Below, one piece after another: positions 56,084 through 64,000 of a stretch of DNA of 64,000 nt. Each line of letters starts with the position of its first letter. Position 1 is the first letter of the stretch. The position numbers and the translations under genes are program-made. The notes under the pieces are model-generated. The model saw only the letters and a program-made list of their open reading frames with translations, searched no databases and was not told the DNA's origin. The stretch covers positions 39,432,001-39,496,000 of the forward strand of contig OX597835.1 of assembly GCA_951406725.2 (NCBI GenBank). Direction: 5' to 3'. Source of the stretch: Octopus vulgaris (lineage: Eukaryota).

Positions 56084-56441
56084 CAGCAGCAGCAGCGGCG
56101 GCGGCAGCGGCGGCGGCAGCGGCGGCGGCAGCGGCGGCGGCAGCGGCGGCGGCAGCGGCGGCGGCAGCGGCGGCGGCAGCGGCGGCGGCAGCGGCGGCGG
56201 CAGCGGCGGCGGCAGCGGCGGCTGTGGTGGTGGTGGTGGTGGTGGTCATGCAGTGGGGGTTGTTGGTAGTGACGATGGTGATGACAGAGTTGATGGTGAT
56301 GGTTTTATGGTGGTAGTGATGGTGGCGGCAGCAGCGGAGGTGGTATTAGAGACGCTAGTGTTGGTGAGGTGGTGATGGTGGCGGTGGTGGTAGTGGTGAT
56401 GGTGACGATTATAATCATGATCGTGACGTTGATGATGATGT

Positions 56442-56480
<39 letters not shown>

Positions 56481-56570
56481 CGATCGTGGTGATGATGACG
56501 GTCGTGGTGGTGCTGGTGGTGGTGGTGATGACGATTATGATGACGGCAGTGGTGATGATGATAACGATAA
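56026..56570. repeat. (TAG)n, 12-mer (GGCGGCGGCAGC)n and (GAT/GGT)n tracts
   Basis: Direct simple repeats. Confidence 0.9.
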
Positions 56571-57126
56571 AAGAGTGCGGTTGATGCCGGCGAGTGGAGG
56601 AGGAGGGGGAGGAGGAGGAGGAAGAGGACTGGATGGCTTCTTTTGGCTCTGGTGTTGACTGTTCTGTGTCGTTGAGGTCGAGTGTCGCGAAACTTAACCA
56701 GAAATAACCAATCATACACTAAAAGAACACCACCACCCCACCTATACTTGATGACCCTCAGCATCTCCAAGTACCTTTACCCCTATTCCTTTCTCCATCT
56801 CACCCTTTATCATCCATCTCCGGAAGGGAGTCGGGGACCTTCAGTCAAATTCAATTATGGAATATCTTAAGAGAGATACACCGAGGAACTGGCGACAGTT
56901 TTTAACACGAAGCAACAAATCTCTATCTATCTGCCTTTCTTTCTTTTTTTCTTTCTTTCTTTCTTTCTTTCTTCCTGTCTTTCTTTCTTTCTTTCTTTCA
57001 CTACTTCTCTCTTCTTTATATATATATACATACATACATACACACACACTTATACCTGTATATATATATGTATATATATATATATATATATATAAAGGTA
57101 TATGCGTGTGCATGTATGTATGTATG

Positions 57127-57173
<47 letters not shown>

Positions 57174-57305
57174 GTGTATGCGTGTGTGTGTATGTATGTA
57201 TGTATGTATCTATCTATCTATATATATATATATGTGCGACCTCGTGTGTACCGCTGGCGATTTTTTTCCTCTGTCTTCCCTTCTCGGGATCTTTCCTTCT
57301 CCTAT

Positions 57306-57340
57306 GTTTCCGACGAAGAGCTCCGCTCGAAACGTTAAAC
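57306..57340 (+). ncRNA. Minimal hammerhead-like motif (core CCGACGA)
   Basis: gttt CCGACGA A GAGC-TCC-GCTC GAAA CG T T aaac. The downstream TTCCTGAGCG..AATAC segment resembles the 7720/23915 family; insert 57235-57440 lies in (TA)n. Confidence 0.58.
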
Positions 57341-57526
57341 CCTCCTTCTTTCCTTCTTTCCTGAGCGTCCAATAATACTATATTTGTTCCACGTCCTCGC
57401 GTTGTTGTGTTTTTTTTTGTGCTTTCTTGTTTGGATTAACTATATACATATATATATATATATATACATACATGTATACATATATACATATATAGGTATT
57501 CGTAGATATATAGATAGATAGATAGA

Positions 57527-57600
<74 letters not shown>

Positions 57601-57909
57601 CATACATATACATTCAACTATATTTATGTGTGTATGTACGTGATATAAATATATCTATACAGGGATAGAGAGAGAGGGGCGGAGTGAGGGAGTTATTTGT
57701 GAAGGATTACCATTTCGGGCAAAATACTTCATAGGCTCTCTGTTAGTACACCAAACTAACAATATTGCTTTGATTAGTAAAGAACTCCGCGTATTTCAGT
57801 GGCAGGGCCCGAGTTTATGGTTCACCACCATTCTATATTGTGAACCCATACTGGTTTTTCTACACAAAGTGGTATACAAGACAACGTATAAATAATGGTC
57901 AATATAAAC

Positions 57910-58656
57910 TTTTCTTTATTGCAGTAAATTTGACTTACAGCTGTTTCGAGTGGTCGTTATAGATTCATCATTGATCGGTTTACTCAATTGGCCCACTGAT
58001 TGGTTGAGAAAAGTTGAACGACATAAAGAATATTAAACGACTCAGCAAATTAATATTATTTTCGTCATTTCTGAAATAACTGTGACGAAAGTAGTATTAA
58101 TTTTGGATCTTTTCGGTTTGAACGGCAGTTTTTTCTAGCAGTGTCATATGAAATTGTCACCCATAATCATGACCCTAGTATCGATCTATTGCATTTCAAT
58201 CTTTTCTAGGGTTAGGGTTAGTTAGGGTTAGGGTTAGGGTTAGGAGTGGGGGGGGGGAGGGTATCTTTTTTCTTCACAAATGTAAATAAACCCAATCTGT
58301 TTCTTAAACGAGGAACATATTCATACGGCACAGAATGTTTTCAGCTCAGTAAACGTCAGTGATTGGTTCAAATTGCAGAAAACAAATATCTTACACACTA
58401 TAGGATTTTCTCAATAAGGCCAAGAGAAAAAGATGTTTTATAAACACATTCTACCAGTATACGAAGTTTAAAATTTTTTTAGTTACCTAGAAATTATGTT
58501 AAAAACTGCCGTTCAAACCGAAAAGATCCTTAATTTTCTAGGTCGTTTAATTCTTCTCAACCGATATATGGCCAATTGAGTAAACTTATCGAGAATAAAC
58601 CTATAATTATTATTGGAAACGGCTGTAGGTCAAATTTACTACAATAAAGAAAAATA
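57910..58656. repeat. Diverged inverted repeat (57910-58036 / 58530-58656) with hammerhead 3' halves
   Basis: Both arms carry GAAACRGCTGTA..GTCAAATTTACT.CAATAAAGAAAA pointing outward. Confidence 0.6.
58105..58529. mobile_element. MITE with 29-bp GG-start TIRs and 8-bp TSD (Merlin-like), containing TTAGGG repeats
   Basis: GGATCTTTTCGGTTTGAACGGCAGTTTTT ... AAAAACTGCCGTTCAAACCGAAAAGATCC; TTAATTTT at 58097-58104 and 58530-58537. Confidence 0.9.
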
Positions 58657-58681
58657 TGTAATGACCACTATTTATGCCTTG

Positions 58682-58741
<60 letters not shown>

Positions 58742-59120
58742 AGCAGGAGTGGCTATGTGGTAAGTAGCTTACTTACCAGCCACATGGTTCTGGATTCAGT
58801 TCCACAGCATGGCACCTTGAGCAAGTGTCTTCTACTATAGCCTCGGACCGACCAAAGCCTTGTGAGTGGATTCGGTAGACGGAAACTGAAAGAAGCCCCG
58901 TCGTATATATGTATATATATATGTGTGTGTGTGTGTGTGTTTGTGTGTCTGTGTTTGTCCTCCCATCATCGCTTGACAACCGATGCTGGTGTGTTTGCGT
59001 CCCCGTAACTTAGGTGTTCGGCAAAAGAGACCGATAGAATAAGTACGAGGCTCACATAGAATAAGTCCTGGGGTCGATTTGCTCGACTAAAGGCAGTGCT
59101 CCAGCATGGCCGCAGTCAAT
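58742..59120 (+). mobile_element. SINE family B
   Basis: Near-consensus copy. Confidence 0.88.
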
Positions 59121-59146
59121 AAATTAAGTACCAGTTATGTACTGGG

Positions 59147-59182
<36 letters not shown>

Positions 59183-59395
59183 ATTTTTTGGCTCAAAAAG
59201 CAAAAAGCAAGGCCATGTAGGGAGACATGGAGTTATGTACAGGGTGGTGTTCATGTAAAGAGTTCAGGCCACTGGTGGTCAAGGGAGACTTTGAACCGAG
59301 CGGTCGTCGGCATCCTCACCATCTCGTCCGGCAGCTTATTTCACGGATCCGCAACCCAGACGGAGAAAGCCCCTCTCCTTCCATTGAGATGAACC
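59147..59395 (-). mobile_element. CR1-group LINE 3' end with (TAAC)n tail
   Basis: RRGAFSVWVADP*NKLPDEMVRMPTTARFKVSLD resembles the CR1 FSxRVxxxWNxLP..FKxxLD motif. Confidence 0.75.
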
Positions 59396-59400
59396 CTAAT

Positions 59401-60515
59401 TATTAGGTCGTCAAGTCTGAAATTTGTAGAAAAACAAAAAGTTTCCCAATGTTTTACAAATACAAGGAATAGTTTTATTCATCAAAGTCTGCACGCATAT
59501 TGTCAATACACTTTTGCCATTTCAGCGATAGCTTGTCCAGACCGGAACTGTAAAAGCCTGGCAATCTAGAGTCAATAAAATCTTGGAAGGCCTGTTTTAC
59601 AGCATCGTCGGAATTGAATTTTTTCCTATCAAAAAGCTATCCAAATTCTGGAAGAAGTGGTAGTCAGTGGGGGCATGATCAGGTGATTATGGTGGATAAT
59701 GGAGAACTTCCAACTTCAACTCCTGTAGTTTCGCCAATGTCATTTTTGCGATGTGTGGTCTGGTGTTGTCTTGCAATAAAATAGGCGTGGATCTGTTGAC
59801 TAATCTAGGCTGTCTTTGTTTTTGGGGGTTTTTTTTTGTAAGTTTCTGCATCAGTTGGTCCTGTTGGCTGCAGTATACTTTGGCCGTGATTGATGAGCCA
59901 TGTTTAATGAAATCATAATGGATCACACCGACACCAGACCACCAAACACACACCATCATTTTGATGAAATTTGCTTTTTGGACTATGTTTTGGTGGCTCG
60001 TCTTTGTCCAACCATTGTGCTGAACGTTTACGGTGGTTGTATTGGATCCATTTCTCATCATATGTTACAATTCGATTCAAAAATGATTCACTGTGGTGAC
60101 GAAAATGTATCCTAATGCAGGCTTCCAAACATTGCTGTTTCTGATTTTCATTGAATTCGTGTGGAACCCACTTAACCAACTTTTTCACTCAACCGATTTG
60201 AACTAGGTGAGTCAAAATTGTTTGCTTGCCAACAGCAAACAACAACGATAATTCACGGGCACTTTGAGATGGATCTGACTTGACGGTGGCTTTCAGTTCG
60301 TCATTATCCACCTTTGTGTCTGGTCGACCGCGTTGCTCATGTACGAGGTCAAATTTACCAGGAAGAAATTTTGCAAACCAATTTGATACTGTCTGCTGTG
60401 TAATAACATTACAGTTAAATATTCCATTAATATTCCAAGCTGTCTGTGATGCTGTATTTCCAAGAAGGAACTCAAAACTGTATTTCAAAACTGTACGAAT
60501 TTCTGACATATCCAT
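59401..60515 (-). pseudogene. Mariner (DD34D) transposase pseudogene
   Basis: MDMSEIRTVLKY..WFAKF..RGRP; KWVPHEF; IVTYDEKW; LLQDNTRPH; HYPP*SPDHAPTDYHFF. TA-TTAGGT TIR-like end at 59401. Confidence 0.92.
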
Positions 60516-60611
60516 CTCTAAACAAAAATAGCATAATAATAATTATGATGTTTACAAATATAAAGTCTGCTAACTATTTAAAATAATTATTGCTAATATA
60601 GAATTATAATA

Positions 60612-60905
60612 TCACCGTGATCGACCAGGTTATCAGATGTTGCTACACACCGCTGGTCACAATGCGCTTCGCATAGTTTTATGCCTTCAAATGACGCCAC
60701 CCCACTGGCTAAGAAAGTAGGCCAACAGAAGAAAGAGAGTTGTGGCGAAAGAGTACAGCAGGGATCGTCACCCCACCCCTGCCGGAGCCTCGTGGAGCTT
60801 TAGGCGTTTTCGCTCTATAGACACTCACAACGCCCGGTCGGGGAATCGAAACCACGATCCTAAAACCGCGAGTTCGCTGCCCTAACCACTGGGCCATGGC
60901 GTTCC
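60612..60905 (-). mobile_element. SINE family D
   Basis: Head as at 42117-42392; tail matches 45665-45780 and 41935-42000. Confidence 0.78.
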
Positions 60906-61048
60906 ACAGAATTATAATATATTATAATGGAATTTAAATAAAATTTATTATAAGATTATTTACTCACAATATACTTTTGGATTAATAAATCTTTAATATT
61001 ATATTACTTAATAAAATATTGATATTAAATAATATTGATAATAGATAT

Positions 61049-61360
61049 AGGCGCAGGCATGGCTGTATGGTAACAAACTTGCTTCCCAACCACATGGTTC
61101 CGGTTTCAGTCCCACTCCGTGGTACTTTGGGCAAGTGTCGTCTGCTATAGCCTCGAGCCGACAAAAGCCCTGTGAGCGGATTTGGAAGGCGGAAACTGAA
61201 AGAAGCTCGTCGTTTATATATATATATATATGTATATACCTATGTGTGTGTCTTTGTGTCTGTATTTCTCACCCCTCTCCCAATCACTTGGCAACCGATG
61301 TTGAAGTGTTTACGTCTCCGTAACTTAGTGGTTCGGCAAAACGCACCGATAGAATGGCAG
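61049..61360 (+). mobile_element. SINE family B (diverged)
   Basis: Head and CORE-like segment are recognisable. Confidence 0.75.
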
Positions 61361-61408
61361 CCTTAATTCACAAATAAAGAAATTATAAAAAATATATATA
61401 TATACATG

Positions 61409-61450
<42 letters not shown>

Positions 61451-61520
61451 CATACATACATACATACATACATACATACATACATACATACATACACACA
61501 TACACATATATATATACATA

Positions 61521-61576
<56 letters not shown>

Positions 61577-61762
61577 TTTATATACATATACATACATATA
61601 TATGTATATGTATATAAAGATACACACACACACATAAATACAACCAGATTTGTGCATACATAATCACGCATGCACATACACGTAGAACGATAGAAAAAAT
61701 GAAAGATTTATGAAATATATAAATATAATAAACACAATAATCATTAAAAAATATATTAAAAA

Positions 61763-62098
61763 ATGATGATGATGATGATGACGACGACGACGACGACGTC
61801 GACGATAAAGATGAGGATCATTATCGTGATGAGGATAGTGATGATGACGATGATAATTGCGATTGATGGTAATTAAGGTAATGTTGATGATAGTGATCTT
61901 TGTATGGGTGGCGGCGGCGGCGGCGGTGGTGGTGGTGGTGATGGTGGTGGCTTTCATGCTGTGCAGCAGCTGATGATGATGAAAAAAAGAGTATTGATCG
62001 CTGTGGCTGTGGTATTAGCGCTGATGATGATGATGGTGGTAGTGGTGACAGCGGTGGCGCCGGTGATGATGGTGGCGGTGGTGCCGTTATTGTTGTAG

Positions 62099-62130
<32 letters not shown>

Positions 62131-62522
62131 GGTGGTGGTGTTGGCGGCGGTGGCGCCGGTGATGATGGTGGCGGTGGTGCCGTTATTGTTGTAGTTGGTG
62201 GTGGTGGTGGTTGTGGTGGTGGTGGTTTTGGCGGCGGTGACGGCGGCGGCGGTGACGGCGGCAGCGACTTTGGCGGCGGCGACTTGGTGATGATGATGAT
62301 GATGATGATGATGATTATGGTGATGATGGTGATGACGTTGGTGGTGGTCGTGGTGGTGGTGGTGGTGGTGGTGGTGGCGGCGGTGGCGGCGGCGGCGACT
62401 TTGGTGATGATGATGATGATGTTGATGGTGATGACGTTGGTAGTGGTGGTGGTGGTGGTGGTGGTGGTGGTGTTGGTGCTGGTGGTGTTGGTGCTGGTAC
62501 AGGTGGTACAGGTGGTACAGGT
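61763..62522. repeat. (GAT)/(GGT)/(GGC)n trinucleotide tract
   Basis: Simple repeat with internal ~50-bp duplications. Confidence 0.9.
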
Positions 62523-62931
62523 GCTAACGATAATCAATAATAATAAACTCCAAACCAATGAGATGATAATGTTGATTTTTATGTCAGAAAATTTGACTTA
62601 ATTAGTCTTTTTTTTTTTGTTTTTAAATATTTTTGGATTCATTCGATGTGGATGTCTCCGATTGGATTCTCATTCGTGTGTGTTTATAGATGTACGTGTG
62701 TATGTGTGTATGTGTGTATGTGTGTATGTGTGTATGTGGGTGTGTGGGGTGCTTGATATATGTTGCCCTTTTTTTAGAATTGTGTTTGCGCTTATTTGAA
62801 TGTATCAAATATATGCCTATGTATACGCCTGTATATGTGTTTGCATGTTGTATTATGCATATGCCTGTATTTAATGCCTGTAATTTATATGCATATATAT
62901 ATATATATATATAGATATATATATGTATATT

Positions 62932-62971
<40 letters not shown>

Positions 62972-63000
62972 CATATATGCTTCTTTCAGTTTCCGTCTAC

Positions 63001-63035
<35 letters not shown>

Positions 63036-63057
63036 TATATATATATATAGCTATGCA

Positions 63058-63111
<54 letters not shown>

Positions 63112-63137
63112 TAGAGAGATAGAGATTTGTAGATATG

Positions 63138-63171
<34 letters not shown>

Positions 63172-64000
63172 CTTTATCACAATCTTTAAACACGTATTCA
63201 AACATATTTTACCTTGTCAATATGTTTGCACATTCATGCTGTATACAAACCACCACAAACACTCATGAGATAAACATTAATAGAAAAACTTAATTTAAAA
63301 AAGATGTACTTTAATACAATTAGAAATTATTGAATTGTATCCTTTCAATTCAAAATCTCTGCACTGAAAAATATTCTCAGAGTGAATAATAAAAATGTTC
63401 ATTGAAGAAAAGACGAGTCAAATGAATGTTACGTGCGTTTCTATTAACGATCATCATTTATTTCATATTTCGTACAAAGTTATGTTCATCACTTCCTCAG
63501 ACATTATAATTGAATTTAAAATCATCGGTTTATGAAATATACTCGCAACTGTACGATTTTCACTGCTTTATTGGCGTGATCAACTGCAGGAAAATAGACA
63601 AACTGCAAATTTTAATTTATCCTATGAGCTCTGTATTATACTATATGTCTTGACATTCAACAGGAATTGAGTCAATGAAACAAAATAAAATTTCTCCACG
63701 GCCTGAACACGTCTTCGTCTCAGCGGCAACTTGGGCGATAAGAAATTCTCCTTCACTACATTTTATCACACACAGAGACAAAATAATTCCGGCTCTTTAC
63801 GTTTTGAGTTCGAATTCCACCGAGATCGACTTTGCATTTTACTCTTTTGGAGTCGATAAAATAAGTACTAGTTATATACTGTGGTCGATGTAATCGATTT
63901 ACCCCTCCCCTGAAATTTTTCTACCAAAATTTGAAGCTAATATTTTCTGCATTTAGAAAGCGGCGAGCTCGCAGAATCACTGGCACGCCGAGCAAAGTGC

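Noticed and set aside
55902-56375. Ser/Gly-rich ORF resembling a GS linker or structural protein
   Set aside because: Made of simple repeats, with no convincing splice or coding context.
58206-58245. Telomere or chromosome fusion scar
   Set aside because: The tract is short, in a single orientation and inside a TIR/TSD-bounded MITE.
61821-62558. Pro/Thr-rich 245-aa ORF with a signal-like start
   Set aside because: Trinucleotide repeat tract; similar tracts occur elsewhere in the window.

Overview
AT-rich, microsatellite-saturated animal genomic DNA. Its repeat content (CORE-, V- and Meta-domain-like tRNA SINEs, very long (TA)n/(CA)n/(GATA)n/(CATA)n/(CAT)n arrays) strongly resembles an octopus (coleoid cephalopod) genome; this is an inference. 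No host protein-coding gene can be supported, and nearly all ORFs in the track are translated microsatellites. Recognisable content: Tx1/L1-clade, RTE, CR1, R4/Dong-like, HERO-like and Penelope retrotransposon fragments; two mariner and one probable Chapaev3-like transposase pseudogenes; a GG-ended MITE carrying TTAGGG repeats; a long foldback element; and dozens of SINEs. Two hidden patterns stand out. (1) At least nine hammerhead-ribozyme-like motifs sit in short non-coding elements embedded in (TA)n, often with Penelope-style inverted terminal duplications, and they show many catalytic-core variants including an apparent G3-C8 compensatory swap. (2) A Tx1-clade LINE is found three times with its junctions in (GATA)n arrays, always in the same orientation. 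All structures were read by eye and coordinates may be off by a few bases.
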